In this document: positions 1 to 7,200 of the stretch, in pieces
Numbering within the stretch: the stretch's first letter is position 1
Layout of the letters: the number at the start of each line of letters is the position of its first letter
From: a virus
Lineage: Duplodnaviria; Caudoviricetes
DNA: 28,573 bases
Virus record (IMG/VR): IMGVR_UViG_3300005805_000346
Location: 1 to 28,573 of that record
Reading direction: 5' to 3' (one strand)
The notes under the pieces: generated by a model
Databases searched by the model: none
Seen by the model: the letters and a program-made list of their open reading frames with translations, nothing else
Told to the model about the DNA's origin: nothing
Position numbers and translations under genes: made by a program

Positions 1-161
1 GTCTTGTGTATCTCATAACGATAACCCTTCTTGCTGGGAAAAGTATATCGCATGGTGCTGTCTAGGCCCTCCAAGTCCTCAGTGTCAAAGTCCTCTTTGA
101 AGACCATGCGCTCTTTCACTCTAGTCCTAGCGTCCTTCTTATAAGCGATTACAGTCAACAT
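1..161 (-). CDS. Small phage hypothetical protein, partial (runs off the left edge); not in the ORF track
   Basis: ATG at 161-159 with AGGAG at 172-168. Hand translation MLTVIAYKKDARTRVKERMVFKEDFDTEDLEGLDSTMRYTFPSKKGYRYEIHK... has no stop before the window edge. Confidence 0.8.
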   Translation of the reverse strand, partial: MLTVIAYKKDARTRVKERMVFKEDFDTEDLEGLDSTMRYTFPSKKGYRYEIHK

Positions 162-171
162 AGTCTACTCC

Positions 172-420
172 TTAGCAGTCTGGGTCAAAGTCATACCACT
201 CTTGTGCTTCATCGGGCTGTCCGTCATCTTCTTCCTCATCCTCGCGGTCAAGCCAGGTAATTAAGTCATTCTTGCGAGCAAAGTCCGCTACTTCACTCTC
301 GCTCAAGTAGCCCAACAAGTCCCTAATTAAGGTGTCCTTGTCGATCATGCCGTCCTCTACAAGGCTTAAGAGTTCGCAAGTGTATCTACGGCTGCGATAT
401 GAATCTTGTCTAGTCCACAT
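172..420 (-). CDS. Acidic 82-aa phage early hypothetical protein
   Basis: TAAGGAG RBS upstream of the ATG, directly downstream of promoter 453-481. 25 of 82 residues are D/E; C-terminus DDGQPDEAQEWYDFDPDC. Confidence 0.8.
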   Translation of the reverse strand: MWTRQDSYRSRRYTCELLSLVEDGMIDKDTLIRDLLGYLSESEVADFARKNDLITWLDREDEEEDDGQPDEAQEWYDFDPDC

Positions 421-452
421 AATGTCGCTCCTTAGTGTTTCAGTGTAATGCT

Positions 453-481
453 ATTATAGCACCAATCAATAACCCAGTCAA
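453..481 (-). promoter_or_regulatory. sigma70-type early promoter
   Basis: Minus strand TTGACT-N17-TATAAT with TGC (extended -10) before the -10 box. Confidence 0.85.
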
Positions 482-484
482 GTG

Positions 485-501
485 AAAGGGCTTTCGCCCC
501 T
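485..501 (-). terminator. GNRA-capped stem-loop, possible weak intrinsic terminator
   Basis: Minus strand AGGGGC-GAAA-GCCCTTT, 4 nt after the stop of the 506-841 ORF. The U-tract is short. Confidence 0.5.
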
Positions 502-505
502 CCCC

Positions 506-841
506 TCAGTCCATACGACTGTTCATGTAGGCCTTAACGCCCAGGTGCTCTGTGAGGAACTTTGCGGCCGCCTCAGCCGCCGCCTCCGCAATGTTAAGGC
601 TTTGGCAATTTGTATAACGACTGGCACTCATCTCAAGCCCACCGTTATAGGCCTTGCGGAACCCTGCCCGAAGCAGAGCCCGGCCCATCTTTGTGCTACC
701 TTTCTCGTAGACAGTGATGCGAGCGAACCCGCAACAATCCCTGTCGCCATACTTAGCAAAGGCGTCTTGTGCGGCCTTACGGGCGACGTCGTGCATAACA
801 GAAACTGCAAGCTCTACAGTGTTAAGGGTGTCTTTGCTCAT
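506..841 (-). CDS. Phage hypothetical protein, 111 aa (start revised from 880 to 841)
   Basis: AGGAG at 852-848 precedes the ATG at 841 (MSKDTLN...). The track's longer start lies inside promoter 871-899. The CGFA...GF.K.Y.GG...QS...AY..SR.D pattern resembles small phage proteins I recall, function unknown. Confidence 0.8.
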   Translation of the reverse strand: MSKDTLNTVELAVSVMHDVARKAAQDAFAKYGDRDCCGFARITVYEKGSTKMGRALLRAGFRKAYNGGLEMSASRYTNCQSLNIAEAAAEAAAKFLTEHLGVKAYMNSRMD

Positions 842-870
842 TTCTAGCTCCTTTTGTTTAGTGTACCTAC

Positions 871-899
871 AGTATAGCAAAAATCAATAACCCAGTCAA
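871..899 (-). promoter_or_regulatory. sigma70-type early promoter
   Basis: TTGACT-N17-TATACT with TGC extension. The TGA in the -35 box is also the stop codon of the upstream ORF. Confidence 0.85.
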
Positions 900-1090
900 C
901 CTTTGGGTCTTTGTTGTATCCAAGCCACATACTCTTCCATCTCAGCAAGCCGTTGTTCATACGCAACAATCTGGCACTCTGCGTTCACAGCCTCTACACT
1001 ATGGGGCTCGAAACTGTCTACAAAGCGATTCATGTCGTATTCAAACTCCATAATGTCCTCGTCAGTCATCCACTCTGGATATCGCATCAT
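896..1090 (-). CDS. Acidic 64-aa phage early hypothetical protein
   Basis: AAGGAG RBS before ATGATG, downstream of promoter 1117-1145. 15 D/E against 5 K/R. Confidence 0.75.
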   Translation of the reverse strand: MMRYPEWMTDEDIMEFEYDMNRFVDSFEPHSVEAVNAECQIVAYEQRLAEMEEYVAWIQQRPKG

Positions 1091-1103
1091 TGCTCCTTGT
1101 TGT

Positions 1104-1271
1104 TTACTGTAAGGCTATTGTAGCATAAATCAATAACCCGAACAAGCATACGGTTATTATCCACGCCACAATGTTAACGAACCATAGTGTCAAAATGCCA
1201 TACTCTGTGGTGCAGTACTGACAACGACTTGACCACATGCTTACTGAGTTCATACAGCGAAAACAAAGCAT
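1104..1271 (-). CDS. 55-aa zinc-ribbon plus transmembrane protein; not in the ORF track
   Basis: TAATG overlap with the stop of the GIY-YIG gene. MLCFRCMNSVSMWSSRCQYCTTEYGILTLWFVNIVAWIITVCLFGLLIYATIALQ: CxxC-x10-CxxC followed by a hydrophobic helix. Confidence 0.65.
   Translation of the reverse strand: MLCFRCMNSVSMWSSRCQYCTTEYGILTLWFVNIVAWIITVCLFGLLIYATIALQ
1117..1145 (-). promoter_or_regulatory. sigma70-type early promoter inside the 3' end of the 55-aa ORF
   Basis: TTGTTC-N17-TACAAT with TGC extension and the same GGGTTATTGATT spacer as promoters 453 and 871. Confidence 0.7.
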
Positions 1272-1603
1272 TAGTCTCCCCTTACATCAGTGTTCAACTC
1301 GGGCCTAAGCTCACGCCTAATCTCTACTTCCCTCTTGTGTGCTATAGCCTTGCCCCGTAGCAGTTCTACAACACGAATCTCTATATCTTCCTTGCATGCA
1401 AGATCTCTCAGTGCTCTACACAATGCCCAGTCCTTAGCTTCAGTCTTTGCTCTGTAGAAGTGTTTAGCGGCACGTGATTTTACAGACTTCAATACAGTAC
1501 TCTCAGTCTTAGCAGTGACTCCAATATAGCGAAGCCCATTGACCACTAACATGTAGACAATGTGGGTCCTGTCCGAACGCCGTTTACGTGTAGTCTTTTG
1601 CAC
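1271..1603 (-). CDS. GIY-YIG nuclease-family protein, about 110 aa (GTG start at 1603 preferred; ATG at 1627 is the alternative)
   Basis: HIVY-x8-YIGVT, R-x3-H (RAAKH), E (HKRE) and LN (PELN) match the GIY-YIG core. GGAG lies 6 nt before the GTG. The track's start at 1672 is upstream of promoter 1634-1662. Confidence 0.75.
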   Translation of the reverse strand: MQKTTRKRRSDRTHIVYMLVVNGLRYIGVTAKTESTVLKSVKSRAAKHFYRAKTEAKDWALCRALRDLACKEDIEIRVVELLRGKAIAHKREVEIRRELRPELNTDVRGD

Positions 1604-1633
1604 TTGTTGCTCCGTTTTGCTTAACATGTCATT

Positions 1634-1662
1634 AGTATAGCAAAATGGGCTCCCACTGTCAA
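1634..1662 (-). promoter_or_regulatory. sigma70-type early promoter
   Basis: TTGACA-N17-TATACT with TGC extension. Confidence 0.85.
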
Positions 1663-1719
1663 ATTGTGGCAAAAAAACAACACAGGCACTCTGACGTTCT
1701 AATTCATATAACTTATACT

Positions 1720-1890
1720 GTTCGAAGTTATATATTATAGTATTTCGAACGTTATGGGTTATAGTATATACAACTCATAGCGTTATGAGTTATATATTAT
1801 AGTATGTGTAATGTTATGAGTTATAGTATATGTAATCTATACTGTTATGAGTTGTATATACTGTAGTGTTATAGTGTATATACAGTATAA
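1720..1890. repeat. AT-rich degenerate tandem array, 31-bp period, with nested inverted repeats
   Basis: GTTATGRGTT starts at 1751, 1782, 1813 and 1844, with variant GTTCGAAGTT at 1720. Perfect 17-bp inverted repeat 1763-1779 / 1846-1862. Confidence 0.85.
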
Positions 1891-1893
1891 CCT

Positions 1894-1980
1894 TGGTGCC
1901 CGTAGCCGGAGTCGAACCAGCACGCCCTTTCGAGCGAGGGATTTTAAGTCCCTTGTGTCTACCTATTTCACCATACGGGC
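1894..1980 (-). tRNA. tRNA-Leu (anticodon TAA)
   Basis: GCCCGTA/TACGGGC acceptor stem, encoded CCA, anticodon arm AGGGA-CT-TAA-AA-TCCCT, long variable arm, GGTTCGACTCC T-arm; 87 nt. Confidence 0.95.
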
Positions 1981-1984
1981 AATT

Positions 1985-2063
<79 letters not shown>

Positions 2064-2090
2064 ATGTAAAACTGTGTGTCTACTTTACTT

Positions 2091-2119
2091 ATTGTATATG
2101 AAAAATGGGGTCAAATCAA
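2091..2119 (-). promoter_or_regulatory. sigma70-type promoter for the tRNA pair
   Basis: TTGATT-N17-TACAAT, with the -10 box ending 27 nt before the 5' end of the first tRNA. Confidence 0.6.
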
Positions 2120-2259
2120 GTGATTTCAGTCAGATTCCGGAAGATTTCGCGGCAGAATTACAACGGTTTGCTAGAGTTTTGGCAGGATTTGAACCTGGTC
2201 TGATGACAGGCTATGCGCAGATACTTTCGCATCATATCCCAATATTTTCTCAGGTTCAA

Positions 2260-2421
2260 TCACCTAAACCAGCCTTCTCTATATAGTGTTCTAAAGTCTG
2301 CGCCGCAGTCCTTACAGTTATAAAAACCGTTTGGTAGTTCTGGAGTCAGCAGTATCTCCAGCCAAAATCCTATGACACAGCCCAAGGCTATGCAGAATGC
2401 AGCGCCTAGCAGGATACGCAT
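2260..2421 (-). CDS. Possible 53-aa membrane-anchored protein; not in the ORF track
   Basis: MRILLGAAFCIALGCVIGFWLEILLTPELPNGFYNCKDCGADFRTLYREGWFR: N-terminal hydrophobic helix plus CxxC, same strand as neighbours, no clear RBS. Confidence 0.5.
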   Translation of the reverse strand: MRILLGAAFCIALGCVIGFWLEILLTPELPNGFYNCKDCGADFRTLYREGWFR

Positions 2422-2428
2422 AGATTGC

Positions 2429-2527
2429 TACAGCGGGGTATTCGGGTCAAACCTGTATATACTACAGCGGGGTTTTCTATATAGTGTATAGTCAGCATAA
2501 TAACGATCCTTACAGCGGGGTTTTCTA
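2429..2527. repeat. Three direct repeats of TACAGCGGGGT
   Basis: Copies start at 2429, 2463 and 2511. The last two extend to a 17-bp identity, TACAGCGGGGTTTTCTA. Confidence 0.85.
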
Positions 2528-2710
2528 GCCACGTTGGTAGCAGGTTTTCTTTGGTAGTAGACCTGGACAAGTTTCTTCTACGCAGTCCAAATACCTTATT
2601 ATACCTTGGCTATCTCTTTCTAGTTGTATATAGCGTTCATACCTACAGCCTGTATCATGACAAGCTGTTAATAGTATTGTAGTTATTAGTACGTAGACTA
2701 TGTAGTGCAT
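2525..2710 (-). CDS. Small putative lipoprotein, 61 aa
   Basis: Hydrophobic N-terminus ending in lipobox LLTA-C, four more Cys in the mature part, TAATG coupling to the upstream gene. Confidence 0.6.
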   Translation of the reverse strand: MHYIVYVLITTILLTACHDTGCRYERYIQLERDSQGIIRYLDCVEETCPGLLPKKTCYQRG

Positions 2711-3474
2711 TATCTAAATATTCTTATACGAGCACGAGTACCGTCGTCTGGGTCTATATAGTGCCATAAGCCGCCCATTACTGGAGTAAGTTGTATATGA
2801 CTACGTGGAATAAAGTAGCAGTCTCTATTTTCTGTTAGTTGCACTTGGTCAATAAGATTACTCAGAGCTGAGTCTACGCATACAACGATATCACTACGTT
2901 CAACCAGGGCTAGCCAGTCTGTAAAGTTATCTGTCAGTCCTTCGCGTACTGTGATAACTTGATATTCGTTTGGTATAGCAGTAAAGTCAAAGTGTGCAGT
3001 ATGATCACTGCCCTGTAGATGTACTAGGGCCAAGGGTCTACCGTCTAAGTTTAGCTTATTGACCAGTTCTAGTTCACTGGCTGTATTACGAGTAATGTAG
3101 TTATTCAGACGCCATTTCATAGTAAATGGGACCTGAGCTTCCGAGTATTTGATCTGATCAAACTTAGTGATTTGGAACTCAGCTCGTTCAGTCAGTTCTG
3201 GTTTACTGCTCAGAGCCTGATAGAGGCAGATAATATCTTCGCAGTCTTGTTCTTCTAGGATCTTTAGGGGAGTATCGTAGAAGTAGAGATTATTATCCAC
3301 TTTTAGGCTGTGCCAATGGACCCAGGGTGCTGAGTTCTGCATAGTAGTTAGGAACTGTTCTGCAATGGGCCAATGTATGGTATAGCCCTGATCCCTATAA
3401 TAGCCAGCAATAGGCAGGCTGATATAAAGGTCGCCCAAGCCTCTGCTCTGTATTATGCCTAGACGCTTATTCAT
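2710..3474 (-). CDS. GT-B fold glycosyltransferase, GT9 (heptosyltransferase)-like
   Basis: N-terminal RGLGDLYISLP and C-terminal IVVCVDSALSNL match the GT9 GxGD-x4-P and DSGxxH(L/I) motifs. Confidence 0.65.
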   Translation of the reverse strand: MNKRLGIIQSRGLGDLYISLPIAGYYRDQGYTIHWPIAEQFLTTMQNSAPWVHWHSLKVDNNLYFYDTPLKILEEQDCEDIICLYQALSSKPELTERAEFQITKFDQIKYSEAQVPFTMKWRLNNYITRNTASELELVNKLNLDGRPLALVHLQGSDHTAHFDFTAIPNEYQVITVREGLTDNFTDWLALVERSDIVVCVDSALSNLIDQVQLTENRDCYFIPRSHIQLTPVMGGLWHYIDPDDGTRARIRIFR

Positions 3475-3619
3475 CGATACGAGTATAGTTTAGTACATTG
3501 CCCACGCCGTATTGAGCTTCTCCAAGCATTTTTGCGGCGTAGTCGTTTTCAGCATAGACTATGGTATTCACAGTCTGATAGTCGTTTATTCTAACCCAAA
3601 GTTGATATTTGTACATCAT
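3467..3619 (-). CDS. 50-aa phage hypothetical protein; not in the ORF track
   Basis: AGGAG at 3627-3623, own consensus promoter, 8-bp overlap with the next gene. MMYKYQLWVRINDYQTVNTIVYAENDYAAKMLGEAQYGVGNVLNYTRIDE. Confidence 0.85.
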   Translation of the reverse strand: MMYKYQLWVRINDYQTVNTIVYAENDYAAKMLGEAQYGVGNVLNYTRIDE

Positions 3620-3646
3620 TAACTCCTAGTTTGTCAGTGTATGTAT

Positions 3647-3675
3647 ATTATACATAAAATGTTATTCTATGTCAA
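3647..3675 (-). promoter_or_regulatory. Perfect-consensus sigma70 promoter
   Basis: TTGACA-N17-TATAAT. The TGA in the -35 box is the stop codon of the upstream glycosyltransferase. Confidence 0.9.
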
Positions 3676-4439
3676 AAGTAAGTGGTATTAGGCCTGTTGT
3701 GAAAATAACACTCATTGCGTTCACGTGCTAAGTCTCTACGCAGTTCAGCCTGTACTGTACAGCCCAAACCATAGGCCAGGGCCAGTCCCACGCTCTGATT
3801 ACCTATGTACAGTTCGCTGCCTGCTATATATTCTGCCATGTCAAGTAGGTCTTTGGTTTGTACATATAGAGTATTATGCCAACCTGTGGCCTTGGTAAAG
3901 GCACTGTATTCTTCTGGTAGGCCCAGGAAAATGCTGTCTTTGTCCAGTTCTTTTTCTAGTCCTTGATGCCAATAATCGGGTAAGGTGGGGGGTAGCCAAC
4001 GTAGGCTACGATTGATCACTATGGGCCTACCGTTGACCGTACGGGCTGTGGGCACAGTGAGCCAGGGTGTATTGCGTAGGTCAGTCTGTATAGTAGGGTC
4101 AGATATACCAAAAGCAGTAGCATAGATGTCTACATAGTTACCAGGGTGGCCCACGAATAATGGTCTAAAGCGATCCAAGTTATGTGTGATTTCCTGTTGA
4201 GCCAATATTTCAAACTTCTGTATATATGGTTGTGCTTTAAGTAGGGCCTCTAGGCCAAAGAAGTCATCTCTAGTAAGACGTCCCTGATGAAATGGATCAG
4301 GTCTACTACCATAGTAGTGTTGGCCTATCCAATCTATTTGATGTAGGTGTAAATAAAACTCACCACCCCCGAGGTGTCGGACCAAGGGTAGGCCATAGAT
4401 AAGGTCGCCATAGGCACCTGAGTGTTTGAACTTAAGCAT
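3672..4439 (-). CDS. GT-B fold glycosyltransferase, GT9-like, about 255 aa (start MLKFKHSG preferred)
   Basis: HSGAYGDLIYGLP near the N-terminus; DLLDMAEYIAGSELYIGNQSVGLALAYGLG matches the GT9 C-terminal motif. Confidence 0.65.
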   Translation of the reverse strand: MLKFKHSGAYGDLIYGLPLVRHLGGGEFYLHLHQIDWIGQHYYGSRPDPFHQGRLTRDDFFGLEALLKAQPYIQKFEILAQQEITHNLDRFRPLFVGHPGNYVDIYATAFGISDPTIQTDLRNTPWLTVPTARTVNGRPIVINRSLRWLPPTLPDYWHQGLEKELDKDSIFLGLPEEYSAFTKATGWHNTLYVQTKDLLDMAEYIAGSELYIGNQSVGLALAYGLGCTVQAELRRDLARERNECYFHNRPNTTYF

Positions 4440-4483
4440 AATATACATATTTAATCTACTAATCAAGTTGCAGTATTATTTTC

Positions 4484-4491
4484 AATAAATA
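4484..4491 (+). promoter_or_regulatory. Possible T4-type late promoter (AATAAATA)
   Basis: One mismatch to TATAAATA, 8 nt before the ATG at 4500, no SD sequence. A TAAATA lies on the minus strand at 4453-4448, 8 nt before the divergent ATG at 4439. Confidence 0.4.
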
Positions 4492-4499
4492 CCTTAATC

Positions 4500-7199
4500 A
4501 TGAAAGAATATGTAGTCACATTATATCGGCACGAGGATTTGGACAGTTTCTATCTAGACATGGAAACAGAGGGTGGTACGTTACATATACCAAATCGTAG
4601 GGTTGAATTGGTCAGTCGTAGGCCCTTAAGTAGAAACACGCATTATATGTTGACAGGCCAAGAAGCTGCTGAGATAGCACAGGATCCTAGGGTGTGGGCA
4701 GTGGAGCCCTATGAAGAACTAGACCTTCATCCAGCATGGCATGATACTAACCAAAGCTATAGTAAATCTGTGGTCGAAAACCTAGACACTGATAGAAACT
4801 GGGGAATAGCCAATATATTTGATAAGAGTTTTGATCCAAGTTGGGGCAGTGACAGCACTGAGCGTAGGACAGGCAGTTATAATAGTAAGGTAGATGGGCT
4901 CAATGTAGATTTTGTTATCTATGGCAATCCTTTTGACTATAACCAACCAGAATTTGCAGAAAATGAAGATGGCACAGGTGGTACGAGATATAGATATACG
5001 GATTGGCACGACTTTATTAATGATGAGGTCATTGCAGAGTTAACCTCACGTGGATTGAATCCCAGTCATTATACCCAAGATTTGAGTCCTGCCTATGAAG
5101 ATAAGACTGTGAGCTATCTATACGGTGTTCTTAAACCATATAATTTAGAGCCCAGCATTTTTCATGAAAGTATCTGCGCCAGTATCATATTAGGTAACAG
5201 ACAGGGCCTTAGCAGACGAGCAAATTTTTATACCATAAGAGATCCTAATTCAAAATCCATTTATCGTCGTGAAACAACTGCTCCATATGGTTATGCACTA
5301 CCTTTAGAGTTATTGTTTACTGTACGTGCAGGTTTCTTCTATATTGACCTAGTTAGACGTTGGCATTTGGCCAAAGGTATCAATAGTAATACTGGGTTAA
5401 AAAATCCCACAGTGTTTGCTGATAGTCATCTAATCAACTATGGCGTACATCCTGAAAAGATAGTTAAGATAAACTATAGAGGTGTTGACTATACAGAATC
5501 ATTTACTAGTTCCAGTGACTATTACAAATACAAGTTATGGCGCAATGATACTGGAACTATTCAGTATGGTCAATCACCGGGTAGAGTAGTTTGGCCCTGG
5601 TGGCGGGCACAGGATCAGGCTGATGCTGAAAGTGCTATAGCTGATGGGATTATCTGTGTAGAAGCCAGTGCTAATGAAAGAGCCTACATAGATCTACCTA
5701 CTGGGCCAGATTATAACAATCAAATATTTTTTATTGAACCTAACATGACCGTGAGATGGCCACTATACGGTGATACACAATCAGCTAACAATGGTTATGA
5801 AAATTTTGCCACTTGGATAGTGGACTATTCTACTTATACACCTGGAATAGATTTTATAATATTTTTCGAGGGTGACGGTTCATTTTATAGGCATACTGGC
5901 AGTGCTAACTGGGTTAGTATTACTAAAAATGATATTGTTACTACCTATCCAAGCACCGTGGTGAGCCATTATTATAATAGAGGGCATGGTATGACCTCTC
6001 AACAGGTTATAGTAGCCAGCAGTATAAGTGATAAGGCCAATGGCAGTGTTAGCCCTAGGTCAAGCCGAGGTCCGGGTATTGATATTTGGGCGCCTAGCAG
6101 AACTTCTGCTAGCATACATTACCCAGGTGCTACACCATGGGACCTAGATGGTACAGGTTATTTTGGTAGCACAGGACAACTTTCGGGCACGGTGGGAGAT
6201 CTTCCTACTCTGAAAATAATAAGAGATAATAGAAACAGTAACTACTTTCTATGTAAATCTACAGACGGTACAAGTTTTGCGCAACCACATGTAAGTGGAG
6301 TGATTGGTCTATGGTTGGAAATGAATCCCAGCCTAACTCAAACACAGATTAAATCATTATTATCTGCGCAAGGGTATTCAATTTCGGGCACTAACACCTT
6401 AACGCCGGATGCGGCTAGTGTTTATCATAACTATTATGATCCTACTGGATTAGCAGGCGCACCTACACTAGCACTGGGATTTTCCCCTCCTACTTTTAAT
6501 ATTACAGCAGACACAACCACTCTTACACCTGGTCAAACAGTGACCTTTACCATAACATTTACCAATGTACCTGTTGGTTCTACTCTATATGTTAAGGAAG
6601 TAGGCTCTGCTTTGAGTAATGCATTTGATGATGGAGTAACTCAGGCCAGCTTTACAACTACCACCAGCCCTGCAGTTTTAGACCGTGAATTACAGTCTGG
6701 GTTTTCAGGAACTACCAGCCAGTTACAGTTATTGACCGGAGGGTATAATGGCACCGTACAGGCAACATCAGAGTTGATAACCTTATCAGAACCAACCCCC
6801 ACTCCGGCACCCACACCTAGCCCAACACCTAGTCCAACTCCAGTACCCACACCTAGTCCAACTCCGGTACCCAGCCCAACACCAGCTCCTACACCAGCAC
6901 CGACTCCTGCTCCTACACCTAGTCCAACACCTGCTCCTACACCTAGTCCAACACCAGGTCCAACACCGGCACCTACACCAGCACCGACTCCTGCTCCTAC
7001 ACCTAGTCCAACACCGGCACCTACACCTAGTCCTACACCTGCTCCAACACCTAGTCCAACACCGGCACCCACCCCTCAGGTAGTAGGGCTAAACACTTCT
7101 AGGGCTTTTTTCAGTGTAGTGACCAATGTAAATGGTCCTTGGAAAACTTCTGCAGAACTTAGGTCACAGGGGCCAACTCCAACTCCAGGTCTAACTTAA
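4500..7199 (+). CDS. Subtilase (peptidase S8)-like protein with prodomain, Ig-like segment and Pro/Thr-rich tail; possibly virion-associated
   Basis: [11 protein letters not shown] (Ser592), [17 protein letters not shown] (oxyanion Asn), HESICAS (His222), I9-like prodomain KEYVVTL...DPRVWAVE. The catalytic Asp position looks atypical. Confidence 0.75.
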   Translation: MKEYVVTLYRHEDLDSFYLDMETEGGTLHIPNRRVELVSRRPLSRNTHYMLTGQEAAEIAQDPRVWAVEPYEELDLHPAWHDTNQSYSKSVVENLDTDRNWGIANIFDKSFDPSWGSDSTERRTGSYNSKVDGLNVDFVIYGNPFDYNQPEFAENEDGTGGTRYRYTDWHDFINDEVIAELTSRGLNPSHYTQDLSPAYEDKTVSYLYGVLKPYNLEPSIFHESICASIILGNRQGLSRRANFYTIRDPNSKSIYRRETTAPYGYALPLELLFTVRAGFFYIDLVRRWHLAKGINSNTGLKNPTVFADSHLINYGVHPEKIVKINYRGVDYTESFTSSSDYYKYKLWRNDTGTIQYGQSPGRVVWPWWRAQDQADAESAIADGIICVEASANERAYIDLPTGPDYNNQIFFIEPNMTVRWPLYGDTQSANNGYENFATWIVDYSTYTPGIDFIIFFEGDGSFYRHTGSANWVSITKNDIVTTYPSTVVSHYYNRGHGMTSQQVIVASSISDKANGSVSPRSSRGPGIDIWAPSRTSASIHYPGATPWDLDGTGYFGSTGQLSGTVGDLPTLKIIRDNRNSNYFLCKSTDGTSFAQPHVSGVIGLWLEMNPSLTQTQIKSLLSAQGYSISGTNTLTPDAASVYHNYYDPTGLAGAPTLALGFSPPTFNITADTTTLTPGQTVTFTITFTNVPVGSTLYVKEVGSALSNAFDDGVTQASFTTTTSPAVLDRELQSGFSGTTSQLQLLTGGYNGTVQATSELITLSEPTPTPAPTPSPTPSPTPVPTPSPTPVPSPTPAPTPAPTPAPTPSPTPAPTPSPTPGPTPAPTPAPTPAPTPSPTPAPTPSPTPAPTPSPTPAPTPQVVGLNTSRAFFSVVTNVNGPWKTSAELRSQGPTPTPGLT
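6792..7076 (+). repeat. Coding low-complexity repeat, (P-T-P-[A/S/V/G])n, about 95 aa
   Basis: 12-bp degenerate units such as ACACCTAGTCCA with synonymous variation; encodes [19 protein letters not shown]... Confidence 0.95.
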
Positions 7200-7200
7200 T

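Noticed and set aside
482-1123. Track ORFs 482-847(+), 628-810(-), 903-1112(+) and 911-1123(+)
   Set aside because: Shadow frames over minus-strand genes that have clear promoters and RBSs; no motifs of their own.
1720-1890. CRISPR array interpretation of the periodic region
   Set aside because: Units abut with no unique spacers, the conserved core is only about 10 bp, and no cas genes are present.
2429-2527. Mini-CRISPR or att site from the triple repeat
   Set aside because: Repeats are 11-17 bp with unequal gaps, and there is no integrase or duplicated tRNA 3' end in the window.
2525-2710. o-spanin call for the lipoprotein
   Set aside because: No adjacent i-spanin, endolysin or holin, and it lies in an early-type operon.
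6641-7072. 143-aa GAGVG/GLGVG silk- or elastin-like ORF on the minus strand
   Set aside because: It is the antisense reading of the Pro-Thr repeat, which is stop-free by construction.
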